DNA from: Octopus sinensis
Lineage: Eukaryota
DNA: 54,106 nucleotides
Direction: 5' to 3'
NCBI RefSeq assembly: GCF_006345805.1
Contig: NW_021833806.1
Span: 1 to 54,106, forward strand
A model generated the notes under the pieces. The model was not told where the DNA came from, made no database searches, and saw only the letters and a program-made list of their open reading frames with translations. Below are positions 36,063-52,443 of this stretch, in pieces. How positions within the stretch are numbered: position 1 is the first letter of the stretch; each line of letters begins with the position of its first letter. The translations under genes and the position numbers were made by a program.

Positions 36063-37521
36063 CAGTGCTGGTAGAAAAAAACCGGTTTTGCAGTTACTAA
36101 CTTTTTTTGGCAGATAGCTATTAATTTTCTAAATGAAATAAAGAGTTTGAAGTTGATTATATGTATAATCTTTTTTAATTTTAAAAAATTTCAATAATCG
36201 GCGGAAATTTTAAAAATTTAAATTTTTGCTTGTGAATAAAAAACCGGTTTTAACAAAAAGAGTTAACAAAATCAACAGTTAATATGTTGTGTGGTATCCT
36301 CGATTAATAAATAGCTCGTATGACCTGTTAGGCATACTATCAATTAACTTCTGAATACTTTCAGACGGCAATTCGTTCCAAATTTTTGTTAATTTGACTT
36401 CCAGATCCAGTTTATTTTTTGCAGGATCTAAAGAATACTTTTGCTTCATCATTCCCCAAACATGTTCCATTGGGTTCATGTCTGGAGATTGCGGAGCCCA
36501 ATCAAAAATTGGAACTTTATTTTCTTCAAAAAACTTGGTTGTCAATGCAGATTGATGACAGAAAGCCAAATCTTGTTGGAAAGTGAACTGATTTAGTCCC
36601 ATTTTTCGCGCCGAAACGAACAAATTATTCGTTATTACATTTATATATTTAGCGGAATTGAGGGTTCCATTAGCAAAAACTAAATTGCCCACTCCTTGAT
36701 AGGAGATACAGCCCCAAACCATAACACTGCCTCCACCAAATTTTACTATCGGCGTAATATGGCTCAATTCATAACGTGAACTTTTTTTTCGATAACTGTA
36801 TTGCCTTTTTTAGTATAAAAAATCTTAAAAGATGCTTCATCAGAGAAAATAATAGTTTTCCATGCGTCATTGTTCATCCGAATAAAAATTTTTGACAATT
36901 CATATCTTTTTATTATGTTTTTCTTCGAAATCAACGGTTTACATTGACATACTCTTCCGAAGAGAAAATTGGAATTTAAATAAGTTCCAATTTTCTTTCT
37001 ACAGACACTCTTACCGGTTAAATAATTTATTTCATTCCTCAACGTGTTAGAAGATTTTTTGGATCGCACTCAACAAGATGCAATAAAATTTCAACGTCTG
37101 TTTTTTGAAGCTTTTTAGGACGTCCAGAACCAGGAATCCTATCAATAGTTCCATATTTTTTGAATTTTCGAAGAAAATCTCCAATTGTCGATTTTGGAGT
37201 ATTTAGATGATCTGCGATATCTTTTATCGTTTAATTTAACTCATAAAGAGCAAAAATCTTCCATTTAATTATTTTATTTAACATTTGCTTATAAAACTAA
37301 AAATTCAACTACTAAAATATCACTCAATAATGAAAACCGGTTTTTTATTCACACTCTAAAATTTAAATCTTCAGAATTTTAAACGATTAATGGAATTTTT
37401 TATAAATAAAAAAAATTATAAATCTAATCAACTACAAAGAGTTCAATTCAGTTAAAAAAATAAATGCTATCCGCCAAAAAAAGTTAGTAACTGCAAAACC
37501 GGTTTTTTTCTACCAGCACTG
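36063..37521 (-). mobile_element. Tc1-family (DD34E) transposon with 189-bp IR/DR-type TIRs; transposase frameshifted
   Basis: TA-CAGTGCTGGTAGAAAAAAACCGGTTTT / inverse-TA; IIFSDEASF, GGGSVMVWGC, FQQDLAFCH and QSPDMNPME with 34 residues between D and E. Confidence 0.92.
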
Positions 37522-38132
37522 TAATGTTAAACCGTATGTTGGTTAGATCTTTGTTTGTTTCGGTCTTTCCAGGGTATGGGAAAGCTTCTCTTTTGGCATT
37601 TGGTTTTTTGATAAAAGTGTTTAACATTTCTGCTCTTCAGGGAACGCGATACTTATCTAATTGGACCCACGTTTCTTAAAAAAAGACAAAGACAGCCAAA
37701 AAACGAGTCAAGTAAGAATTGCTCAATGTACTCAAACTCCAAACGACATATAAGTTCTCTGTTGTTTGGTTATCCATTAAATTCGAAGAGAGTCCTTTGT
37801 CCAAACTGCACCACCTTGCAATATTTGGCCATGACCAAGTCGAGTTGGTCCTAGAAACATTACTTTAAGTCGACCTATTAATTTTTATTAACCCGCACGT
37901 CTCTCTATGACTGCATTTTTTTAAATAAAAAAATACAAAAAGTATTATTCCGTGATAAAAATACATTTTTATTTTTGTCCCGTGATAAAATCTCGACTTT
38001 ATCCCAAAAGGTAACCTAAATTTAACCTTATCCCTATCCCCAACCTATACTTAACCCTTATTTTAACACAAGGCCGAACCCTAATCTATTTCCAACTTTA
38101 ATCATAAAATAATGATTCTTAGATTAGTACTA

Positions 38133-39189
38133 CAGTGCGACCTCGAATTGGGGAAAACCAAGTAGCGGGGAAACCCTCTTTTTTGGGGAAAACCTTGCTT
38201 TTGGGGAAATATTTTTGCCATCCCTATAAAATACGATGATTTTTAATGAAATAAACCTCCTACCGGGGAAAAATTTTATATTATCATAAACGATTCATTA
38301 ATATATTTGTATAATTTTGATTTATTATTATTTATTGTAACCTGTTTTTCCAAATTTGTAATCAATAATTTTTAAAATTTATTTAACCTGGTAACTTACT
38401 TATTTAGCTAATTAACCTGGTAAAAAATTGAAATTATCAATTTTTTAAGTTATTATAAATTTTAGAAAGCCAATGCCTAGAAAACTAAATCAAAGTGAAA
38501 AGATCAGAATTTGCAAGGATATACAGTCGGGGTCATAAGGACAAAATGATTTGTGAAGGATTTAACATCTCTAAAGGAATGCTATACCGACTAAAAAAGA
38601 AAAGGGAAGGAATCTTAGCTCAGGTTTCTCAACATCCGAAGGGACAATTGGATACGAATTGAATGCCCAAGTTTACGAGATTTTTCGTAATCTCAGGTCG
38701 AAAGGTTTCCCAATTAATGGGCCAACCTTAAAGCTTATTGCACGTAAAATTGCGTATAGAAATTCAAATCATGATTTCACTGCTTCTAATGGATGGCTTT
38801 ACAGATTTAAGAAACAATTCGAAATAAAATTCAGAATATTACATGGCGAATCACGATGCAGCGAACAATTTATGGAACATTTGGATGATCAACAAGTTAT
38901 AAACAATGCGGAATGCGCATTCACAATGCTGCTAAATGTTATTAAGCAAGAGACTCCGGAAAATGTACTTGATCTATTCAGATTCAAAGCAAATATTATG
39001 AGTTCGATGCGAAAAAAACAAAACACACGATTAAAATTAACTGATTTTTTTATTAAAAATTAGTTATTCGTCTCGGTTATATTATTAAGAGAGATATCGA
39101 ACAGGCGAGACCTAAATTTAATGAAAAACCTTTTTTTGGGGGAAAACCTCAAAATTGGGGAAAAATTTCCCCAATTCGAGGTCGCACTG
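38133..39189 (+). mobile_element. Internally deleted Tigger element
   Basis: TIRs CAGTGCGACCTCGAATTGGGGAAA with TA TSD; ATG at 38473; HTH and CENP-B domain (FTASNGWLYRFKK..LHGES); DDE core missing; ends KLTDFF. Confidence 0.9.
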
Positions 39190-39233
39190 TACTAAAGAAT
39201 CTTATTAAGAATTATTTTTTATAAACAAAAACA

Positions 39234-39902
39234 CTAATTAATTTTATAAAGTCTCGCAATATTTGTTCTTTTTATGACAGATCCTTCTTCATCTTGAATA
39301 TCAAAATTCATATTTTCTTTAGCAATAACTTTATATTTTTTCGTATCAATTTGATCATATAATGGATAATGTCTATTTTTAGCACCAAGATCTTGCCGCA
39401 ATAGAACATTATCCCCCACCTTAATCTGCATTATAACACGTGATAAACTACCTTAATGTCGTTTTCGTCGAATTTCCATTTCCGTTTGTTATTCATTAAT
39501 TTTTTGGACTATAAATAAATTTTAATGTTTTTACCTGACAAAAGACGCAGTTATTGATAACTTGCATTATTTCAGAACGACTAACACCATAGATCCTTGT
39601 CTTCAGATGACTAATCATTCGATCTCTTCCAAAATGATTAGAATTATGCTCGGACTATTTTTAGATGCTACAAAGAGTACTTCAATCATTAGTAATTTTA
39701 GTTCTGCGTCTTCAATACAAAAAAATCGTAGTTTTAGGCCATTTCTTCGTACATAAACTTTTCCATCAGCAAAAGAAAAGGTTTCTGAATGTTTTTTGAC
39801 TTTATATCTCTCCTTCTTATCCAAAACTTCATCCAAATTCTGGGATTCTTTGTATTTTTTGATTTTTGACAGAGTATCTCTAGTCAAAACCAGTAGACCC
39901 AT
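39234..39902 (-). mobile_element. Ginger/Gypsy-type integrase remnant
   Basis: RIYGVSRSEIMQVINNCVFCQ (integrase zinc-finger CxxC) and KVGDNVLLRQD..YKVI C-terminal domain; catalytic core not found. Confidence 0.5.
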
Positions 39903-42249
39903 TTTTCACGTGCCAATTTAATTTTATAAAAGTAATATTCTTTTTAAAAATAATTAATAAATATGTATTTATGACTGTTAATAAACAAGAAAGAAATGAT
40001 TATCGTAATCTTAAGCTGCTGATGATCGAGAAGACGTTGCCCCTCAGGATCGCAATGGATATTCTTTGGAACAACCATTGCTTCTCCCGAGGTTAATAAA
40101 CTATTTTCTATATTTTTTTGAAAATACGTTTGCGGTCCGAGCAGATGCCGGATCCAGACAAAAACCGGTGACACTTATAAAACAAAATTACAGACTAAAT
40201 CTAAAATCAAATCTCAGATTAAAATTGACTAGTTGCGACCTAGACATTAGACAAATCTCCAAAAAATTAAGGAATCACATTTCTTATTAATGAGACTCAT
40301 AAATTTTATTTTTAAATGAATTCTTAATTATTATTGAATTTTTGATTTAGTCAGGTGGTAAAAGGTGTCTTTTCGATTTGTCGAAATTTCTGAGAATATC
40401 AAAAATTGGCTTTTCTCCAAAAATATTTGCCGACTTTTAGTCCAGAATAAAATTATTTTAACGACAATATTACTGTTCAAATGCTTTAAATTACTCAACT
40501 TAAATGTCCAATTAAAAAAATCAAGTTTTCCACCTCATTTTCTTGTGCCATTTTCAGAATTTTAAATTATTATTTTGCTTTTTCTTCTAAATCTCTCGGT
40601 CATCTTTTAAATACGATTAAATGTATTTTACATTAAAGACCAAATAAAGTTTTAATTAATTTGAATGACCCTAGGATAGCGTGTGAATTTCCGCGGACAA
40701 TTGCACACGAAATCCTCTGGAAGAAAGTATTGGACTTTTCTTTTAAATTAATTTCTTTATTCTTCTTTTAACTTTTTTGTCATTTCTTTGTATTTGTATT
40801 TTCTGTTTCGTTTTCATCAATGTTAATATTCCTTTTGTGGTTTAATGAACATGAGAATTAAGCCAACTGCACCTGCTTACCAGGCTACGGTAGAATATTT
40901 TCTTTCAAATAGACAAAATGGATTTTTGGATGGGACGTCTCCGGACTAACGTGAAAGTTAATTATGCTTTTGAATCGATGTATCTGAAGTAAGAACCATT
41001 GGCTCCAACTTAAACCCTAAGGTATTTTCACTGTTTAAAATTTAATGTAAAGATATTATCCTCATTTTGTCATCCAGGAAAATAACTCTCAGAGTACCTA
41101 AATCCAGGACATTATGCCGAAAAACATTCTTTCAACGTGATGAAATGACTTCTAGCCTTCCAATCCAAATAAAACTGGGTGTGTACAAGTAAAACACCAA
41201 AATGAAAATCTCTCTTTAGTTATTAAAAACGCCTCCGAACTTGAAAATTTCGATTTAAGGTACTACAGTTTTGGGAGGTCCAAAACTCTTTTGGTAAAAA
41301 TCGTCATGTAAATTGCCTCAGCAAAATCTCTTCAAAGAACTTGTCTGTACTACTCTCAGAGTGTCAATTCAATAGATAAAGCTGTCTGTTCATTTTCTGG
41401 TAACTCTCAATCAATATTATACAAATACATAAGGTCTCCGAATTTTACAATGCCTTAAATATCAAATATCTCACTATATTCAGTCGCACTGAAACAGCAG
41501 TTTAAAACAGAGTAGACTAAATTTTTTGGACTAAACTGGAACACACTAATATGCTTTTTTTCTGCGTTTGTCGACAGAATTATCAATGCCAAATATTTTC
41601 ATTAGTTGGCCAACGCCTAAGTGACAAATGTCATTTCACATGCTGGACGTTGGCATTTCTAATAGTCGTAAAACTAGAATGATTTTTCAATTTGAACTCT
41701 TCATTCAAAATTGCCAAAATGTGCACAAAACTTGATATCGAAAACATCTTCAAAACTTACAAAAACGATCAAAAATTGTTTAAACTTCTAAAAAATCGGA
41801 TACAATCACACCGTTAGTAAATTGATCATAGTTTAAGAAATATTATCGAAGGCCGATATTTACAATCCAAATAAAATTAAAAAATTTATTTTGCTACTGA
41901 AACAAAAAACCTTAATAAAAATCAAATAGCATCCAACATAAGCGAAACTGAAAAGACCTTTTTGAGAATATTGAAAAACTAAAAGGATGTCGTCCATGTT
42001 ACAGAAAGTAGCTGATTTAAAGAAAAAATTCAAAATATCAAAAAAATGCAAATTGGAGTCTTAACATATGTTAGACTTCGAGCACTGTCGACACTATATG
42101 AAAAATGAGAAAAGACGGAATAAAAAAATTGAGAAAAGACAAAAAAAGACATAGCATACATCGATTCCTTTTCCGTGTCTAAAGTTATCTTGACTTCTTT
42201 GGCTTTTACGAAAAATCTGTCGATGTGGGTCACCTTCTTGCCGTGACAG

Positions 42250-44785
42250 GTGATAGTTTTATACTACGAAAAGACCTACAACTACTCCCCTGCCGGATCG
42301 GATCGATTCCGCGACGTCGGTGGCAGCAGAGCAGGCGCGAAGCCGTTGCTCCCAAGGACCTCTTTGCTTATCAAACTCACCCTTCTACTTTCCAGAGACA
42401 TTGAACCAAATCCTGGCCCCAGCAAAAAGAACCTATTACGTATCTTGCTCAGAAGACTGCTGAACTTTATTCCTTCCTGGAGAAGCACGACGTGGACATT
42501 GCTTTGGTGCAAGAAACAAAGCTCTCGGCAAAAATCGCTTGCCAGATTTCCCTGGTTATTCATACATCCGTCGGGACAGACCGGGCTCTGTAAATGGAGG
42601 TGGCCTACTAACTCTTATCAAAAAATCCATCCCGTTCACTAACTGTACCTCCCAAGCTTACTCGCTAATTGGCAACGATCAAGTGATTGAAATGACAGCT
42701 ATAACTGTCTCTACAGGGTCATCAACTAGGAGACTCTCAATGTATACATACCTCCTCACTCGTTATGTCCTCATGGATGGACCCCTTCTATTCAAAACCT
42801 CCAGTCCCTTAACAATGTCGTTATTTGTGGTGATATGAACGCAAAGAGCCCGTTATAGCTAAAAAAATCAATCTCTCAACTCAAGAGGATCTTTACTATT
42901 CGACCAATTTGATGGTTTAGTTATCCTCAACAATCCCTCATCTCACACCAGAAAACCGTCAAGGAAAGGCGACGCAAATTTCTTCTCCTGACATCCCGCT
43001 GTGTACTCCAATTCTGGCCCCAGTTACTTCTTGGAAAGTCATTTACGACTTAAATTATGATCACAACCCGATATTATTATTGAGAATGCCCCAAAATCCA
43101 AATCGACATCAACGGCGGTCGTTTTATACGAATTACAAAAGAGCTTCCTGGAACGAATACTGTCTCGCTCTAGAAAAATCATTGAATGATTTCGACATTA
43201 TCAACTTTCGTTCGACTGATGCAGCAGTCAATTATCTCAATGCACTTATCATCTCCACCTCCAAAAAATTCATTCCTCAAGGAATTATACAAAATTTCTC
43301 CCAAAGTTACAGCCACGAAGTAAACGCCCTTATAAAGACCCGTAACAATTCGAAACGGAAAAATGGACAATCTGCTGTGTCCTTTATAAAACTGAGGAAT
43401 CTAAATTCGCAATCTGTGCTGGACGGCTTCAATGAGAAGAGACCCCCAAAACGAACAGTACTAGTTTCAATCGATATCTCAAAGTCGTTTGACAGCGTCC
43501 CTCTGTGTGGACTCATCAACAAAATTTTAAAGACAGACCTAAACTCAAACCTCAAATCTTGGCTTGCAAACTTCTTATCGGGTCGAATGGGATACGTCTC
43601 CCTTATTGGGTACCGCAGGATTCTGTGTTGTCCCCTTCCCTGTTCAACTTATATTTACATGACTTTCCGGCGAATGACCCAAACAACTTGACTTTATCTT
43701 ACGCAGATGACATTATCATTGCTTCTAAACACGCAGATTACATATCAGCCTCTCTCAACATCCAGCAACAATTATACTCCGTTGAGATTTGGTTCATTTA
43801 AAAACAGACTCGAGGCTTCGCCCTCAAAATTATCGGTCACCTATTTCTTCCGACAGAAGACAATCAAACCTTCACCCGAAGTTATCTCTCTTTGGTTCTG
43901 ACCTCCCACAATGCAAAACCCCTACTATCCTCGGACTTACTTTTGATCCAACTGTATGTCCTTCAACAAGCATGTCTCTAACATTTCTGACAAGGCAAAC
44001 AGACGCACAAACATACTAAAAGCAATAAGTGGTCACATTACAGGCGCCCAGAAGCCACTCCTCAGACGAGTTTACAAACAATACATACGGCCCGTATTAA
44101 GTTATGCGAGTCCAAGCCGGGCGCTCTGTCTATCCATAAACTCGACAATGGCACTTCAATCAGTACAAAACAAAAAAAACCATGCGCACAATATCTTGGT
44201 GTCTGAAATCAACCCCAATTGATAACCTCCACTGAGAAACAAACCTTTTGCCAATTGAAGATAATCTAAATATGAGAGGAGCCCAATTTTTATTTGCATC
44301 TCGAATGTTCTGCTCTAAATGTGCTAAACGGAAATTCTCGTTCAGTGAAGAACACGCCGGCGAATCTATATTCCCGGATCCTTGCAAAAATCGATGAGGA
44401 AAATTCACAATTCGATATCCACATCAGCTATTCTTAAGCTGACGCCTAACTCTGTACTCAATAAACCTCCTCCTGACGTTCACTGTTCTGAATTGCTTCT
44501 CGACCCTTCGGACTTGGCTCGTTTCCGTTCTGGTCATCACTCCTCATTAAACCACTATGCACACAAAATGGACATCTCGATCTCCCCCTTTTACCCCATT
44601 TTCCATGCTGATGAGCATACAACCGCCAATCTATTCCGCTGTCATGGTCTTCTATCGTTCCGTAAAAAATTTGCCATTCACGCCCCGAAGGTCCTATGGG
44701 AGCAATCTGGGAGGGCGCTTTTGTTTCTGCAAGATGCTGGTCTCATAACTTAAAGTAGGATCGGGGTTATGCAACAACAACGAAA
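42250..44785 (+). mobile_element. Decayed APE-type LINE (I/Jockey-like) with 2A-like motif
   Basis: LLLSRDIEPNPGP at 42382-42420; EN motifs DIALVQETKL, RRDR..GGGLLTLIK and ICGDMNA; RT motifs DISKSFDSV, VPQDSVLSPSLFNLY and YADD; CAACAACAAC tail at ~44772. Confidence 0.8.
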
Positions 44786-44885
44786 AATCAGCACAGGCAA
44801 ATCGGCTTGTCATTGTCAATATTCAGCTTCTCTAATTTTTTTTTAATTTTCTTCATCTCTTCTTAATTTATAAACGTAAATAGAG

Positions 44886-45300
44886 AGCTAAGCTAATTAA
44901 TGGCCTCACGGGACACCCGGCGTACTCGTCAACAGTTCCCCTACAGCGACATTTGTGTGTCTGGCAGTTTTTCAGCCTGACACGGAGGGAGATTGCGATT
45001 CTTAGGCATTCCTTGTCCACCAGGTTCCCGATGGAAGGGAAAGGGAGAGCCTTTAACCAGACACCGCTGCCTTCACAGTGACCTGCACAGAAACAAGCAA
45101 CACGGTATTAATTGGAGACAGGAAGGAGGCCTTCGAAAATTGTCTCACAAGAGATTTCGTCCCATTGACGCTGTACAGATTGAGAATTGGGCAGCTTCGA
45201 ACCAAACCGAGCCTCCCACCAACCACAGGCTGCAGAGTAATCTTCGCACAATTTCCGTTCGGGGAGGTTTCTAAGAACGATATTGTCCCGTGTAACGTCG
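44886..45300 (-). mobile_element. CRE-clade fragment of the same subfamily as 6790-7350, with the REL domain deleted
   Basis: QRQWD..SGVWLKALP..LRIAISLRV..HKCRCRGTVDEY is joined directly to the 3' end CGGGTGTCCCGTGAGGCC. Confidence 0.75.
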
Positions 45301-45375
45301 CAAATAATAAAACTAAAGTGATAACGGTTAAAGATAAATTATTGGCACTTATTAAGAAAATAATTAAAAAAACAA

Positions 45376-48018
<2,643 letters not shown>

Positions 48019-48399
48019 CACGAGACTCGATGTTATATACCCGCTAATGTTAAAGAACTAAAATTAAATTTAATTGATTTTAATAAAATTAAATAATGAT
48101 TTCAAATGTTTCACTAAAATAATTATTTTTGGATAATAAGAGAGTACCAGTGGTTTTTTTTCTTATAGGAAAATATTAACATTAAACATTTTTTTTCATT
48201 TGGTACAATAAAATAATTTTAAAAGCGGATCTTTTTCTATCTTATATTTATGTGACTTTTTTAAACTTATTTACATATATTTAAATAATCATTTTAAAAT
48301 TAAATCTTATAAATTTTTACAATTGATTTCACACGTTTTCATTTTTATGATTTCTAATAATAATAAAATGAAGTAGAAAACTCGTTTTTTCAATTCAAT

Positions 48400-49520
48400 T
48401 GGACTAAAGTGTTTGCATTTGTCATAAATTCTAAAAACTTACCTACGTGTCTCATATGTCAAGAGATTTTCCAACTTGGAAAGACATTTTAATTTCAAAC
48501 ATGGTGAATTTTGAAAAAATTATTCTTCTAGTGATATTCGAAAAAAGCTGTTGATGAACTTAAAAGAAATGTTGGATGTTTCACGTCAACGTTTAAAAAT
48601 TTAAGACAGTTATTAAAGACTTCTACTATTGCCAGCTTTATTATCAGTTACAAAATCGCTAAAAGGGGGAAACCTTTTGACGGAAAGTATATAAAAACGT
48701 GTTTTATTAAAGCAGCTGACGAAATCTTCCCAGAATTTGAAAACAAAAAAGATATGGTAAATTGTTTTAATAATATATTAATAAGCGTTTTTTCAGAGAA
48801 GAATTTATGTCATTCTTACATCTTAAAGGCTACACCAGTGGTGAAAACATAGCCGAAGCTTTTATTAACAAAATAAAAGGGACTTAACCATAGAGTAAAG
48901 ATTTGTTAATTAAAACTAATTCAGAAAATATTGATCTTCTTCAGTACAATAAAGTAAGATGGCTTTCCAGGTGGGAAATTCTTAATTCGTTCACATCCTT
49001 TATTGAAGAGATTCGATATTTTTTGGTGCAGAGGAATTGAATATCAAGAATTGACCGAAAATTATGGTTACAGAAGCTATATTTTATGACCGATCTATGC
49101 TAAAAACTTAATTAATTAAATTTAAAACTACAAGGAACTGGAAATATTGCATTATTTATCTTGGAGGAAATTGTCTTATTTGAGAAAAAACTATGCTTGT
49201 TTGTAGATGATGCAGATTATGGGATTTTATCTCATTTCCCCAAATTACTTGAATATTAGATGGAGATTAAAACGATTGAGTTTAAAGAAACTCTTTTATC
49301 GATAAGCAAATCATTTTAGAACAGGTCAGAATTTAATAAAAAATTACACCAGATTCTATGCTTTTAGAAAAGAAAAATTTACCTTATTGTTCGTTACTTC
49401 TTGAGAAAACAGAAGATCTAAATTTTGCACCATATAAAATAAAAATTTCTGAATTTAATGCAATTACTGGAATTAAGGAGTAAAGAATTATGGTATCAAA
49501 AGTTATCCACCTAACCACCG
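48400..49520 (+). mobile_element. Decayed hAT transposase (GTF2IRD2/SPIN-like)
   Basis: PTCLICQE, SYKIAKRGKPF, LLQYNKVRWLSR, FMTDL and LNLKLQG, in broken frames. Confidence 0.75.
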
Positions 49521-50559
49521 AATTAGAAGAATTAGTAAAAAGTGGTAAAAAAGTAAAAAATGGCTATTTACCACAAAAAGGTTGCCGACTCCCGGACATG
49601 TCAAAAGCTTTTGACTGTGTCCGCCTTGACCTACTTATCTAAATGAGGTCTTTAAATGGGTTTTGAGTTCGCCGTGTTTCCCTTAACGTTGAAGCCAGTC
49701 GGTTTTTAGCTTTAAATCGACTCGATTATTTGATAAAAAACAATAGTTAAAAAGATTAGATGCTAGCTAGGGTAGGTGGATAGAGAGTAGGTGAGAGCCT
49801 AAGGGTCAGTTCAACGGCGCCGCACTCCGTATTGAATGGCAGTTTCCGCGGGGCATGGAAAACAAGATTCGCTGAAAGATTCAGCTCGTCTCCCTCGTTT
49901 GTTTTCAAAGAGATTCTTTTACTAACGTCAGTGAGGAGTTGAGTCGCCGTCTTGCCGACAAATTTCTAAGGTTTCGAAGGCAAGGGGAAAACTCAAAAGA
50001 GTCCGGAATATACAAGTATTTCGTCCTCTTTAACTCTTCGGCATCAGCACTGGCAAAGCCCGGTTTGCTGAAGTCTTGGGTAGTATCTTCAAAACTGGCA
50101 CTGGCAAGCAGATACTGATCCGTACGAATTCATCTCCAGTAGTAATCCCGTGTTAGGGATAGATATGGACAAATTTTACGAACTAGAAAAAGCGTCCTAC
50201 CCCTTTGACAGAAGACCAGGCAGTCCAAAATTAATGGTTTTTAACGTTTTTGATTATTTTCTTTTCTTACTTATTATTATTGATTTTTATTAAAATATCG
50301 GATAATTGGATTTATCGGTTATTTAAAAAAAATTTTCCGTGGACACATGCTATGCAAATAACCATTGTTTACTGTACATGAAGTTTCTCTAATATTTTTA
50401 ATAAGAAAGTTCAAAGAAAATATTATGTGACAAGAAAAGTAATTTCAGTGTGTGATGTTTGCAAGTTTTCTCTTTCACTTAAATTTAAGTCTGTTTTATT
50501 AATAATTTAAACCGAGGATGAAACTAATCATTTTCTGTTTCTGTTCCAAATGAGCGGTT

Positions 50560-52100
50560 TCAAATTGACCTCATTGATCTTACCAGCTTCTCTGTTATTA
50601 CTCAGTCGAAGCATTGCTCCACAAATGTCGGAATTTGTGATTATATTGTTCAGTAAACGAGGCTGTTTTTTGACTTGTCAGAGCGGTAAAGTGTCCTCCG
50701 ATTGAACTGATTCCTAAAGAGTTGGGCTATAAGTTCAGTCGAGCAAATAACGTCCAATATAAAATGACCAGACTCATTTTGAATTTTTAGATTAGCCAAC
50801 CCTCGTTTGAGTAAGCGCATAGCCATAAACATTTTTGTACCTGATTGTAGCCTCTTTACTTTTATTATGCGCTATTTCAATAATTCAGACCAGGATTGAA
50901 GCATATTCCTCTTGATTTCGTGTTGGATTTTGTTTCTCAGTTTTCTTAATTCGGATTTCCGATTAGGATCACAAGTTTCCTTTTGAAGTCTTAAATCTCG
51001 TTGACGTAATTGACTAGTAATTGTAATCTCGTAATCTCGTTGACGTATTTGTACCTTCATTTAGTTTCGTGAATCTCAACAGTTTCTTTGGCAGCCTTTA
51101 TTATAACTTCTGAACTTCTTTTCTATATTATGTGTGGTAAGCCATCCATGAGAATATTGGAAATATAATGATCCAAGCGCTCCTAGTTATTTCATGATGA
51201 GTTTAGCATTATTTATTAGTTCTTCCTCCTAATCCTTTGTGTTTTTCTAGCCTGTGCATGATATCTATGTAAAATTCAGTAAAGTTTTCTTAGATTTAAT
51301 GTGCTAACTACAATAGTGCATATTATATGCAACCCGGCTTGACGAGTGACGCCGTTATCAGTGATCTCACTGCGGAACCGGATGTCTTCTTCAGCCACAC
51401 CATAAAAGAAAAAGACAAAAGAGAGCAGTGACACTTGACTTCGTTCGGAATAGTTAGTTTCTTGATAACATGTTTTCTTTCTGTCTTGATCTTGTGTGGC
51501 TGCCTCAAGCAAGATATCATCTTGCGGCAAGGCTTTAATAATAATAAGTACAATAGTATGATCGCTGTTTGTCAAGGCTCTATACGTACGGGAGTCGACT
51601 AACAATCTCTTCTGCGACTGCTTGTACAAAATATAATTAATTTGTTTATATATTTTTAGTTCCTATCTTTGTTCATTTGTTATATAACTTACCAAGGTGG
51701 TCTTGTGTAGGGCGGCGTGCTGAAAAGCCGTGTTGTACAGAAATTACAAACGTAGGTATTACAAATGTCGATTATAATATTAACGAAAGAATTTCGATAC
51801 TCCTTTCCGTGATTACTAATGCAGCGTTCACCTTTGTGTTTAATTCCTGCTTTTAAATTTGGGTCCCTTGCAATAAAAATTATTACGGACAAGCTGAGTT
51901 AGGCGCATACTTCCAATAAAATCAAGTAAAAATCATCAACCTCATCCGTAAAAATTGATAATCTTTCACTGTGTGGGAATACATGTTAATGACATCATAA
52001 TCGATGTCTTATTATCTGATATTAATTTAGATTTGTGAAATTCGATCTGTTACCCTCCATAGTTTAAGTAGCCGATCCACAGGTGAGATGTAAGCCTATC
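50560..52100 (-). mobile_element. Decayed RTE-like element (EN and linker), same family as 15451
   Basis: Shares MFMAMRLL, KSELRKLRN, LLVDSRTY and SDHTIV. Confidence 0.65.
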
Positions 52101-52443
52101 CTATAATGACAGAAGGTGATAATATTAACTGGTTTTCTTTGAAATTTAAAATATAGAGAAAAAAAGCAGAGAATGGACAGATCGAGAATACGATAAAGAC
52201 ATCAAAATAAGAAGTCAAAAAACTTAACCAAAGTGACATTTCATTATAATTCACCAATCATGATCAAAAAAGTAGCTGTATATAAAAAATAAAAGTAATA
52301 TAAATTTTCTTATAGTCTTGTAAAATAGATATTATTAATATGAATTGAATTTAAGATTATAAGGATTATTACTATGCATAAATACAAATAACTCTGTATT
52401 TATTTGTTAGAATAATTATCGGCTTCATGCAATTACAGCCCAT

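Noticed and set aside
40600-41700. Additional micro-intron gene
   Set aside because: All frames are interrupted by many stops and no conserved motif was recognised; would need spliced RNA-seq.
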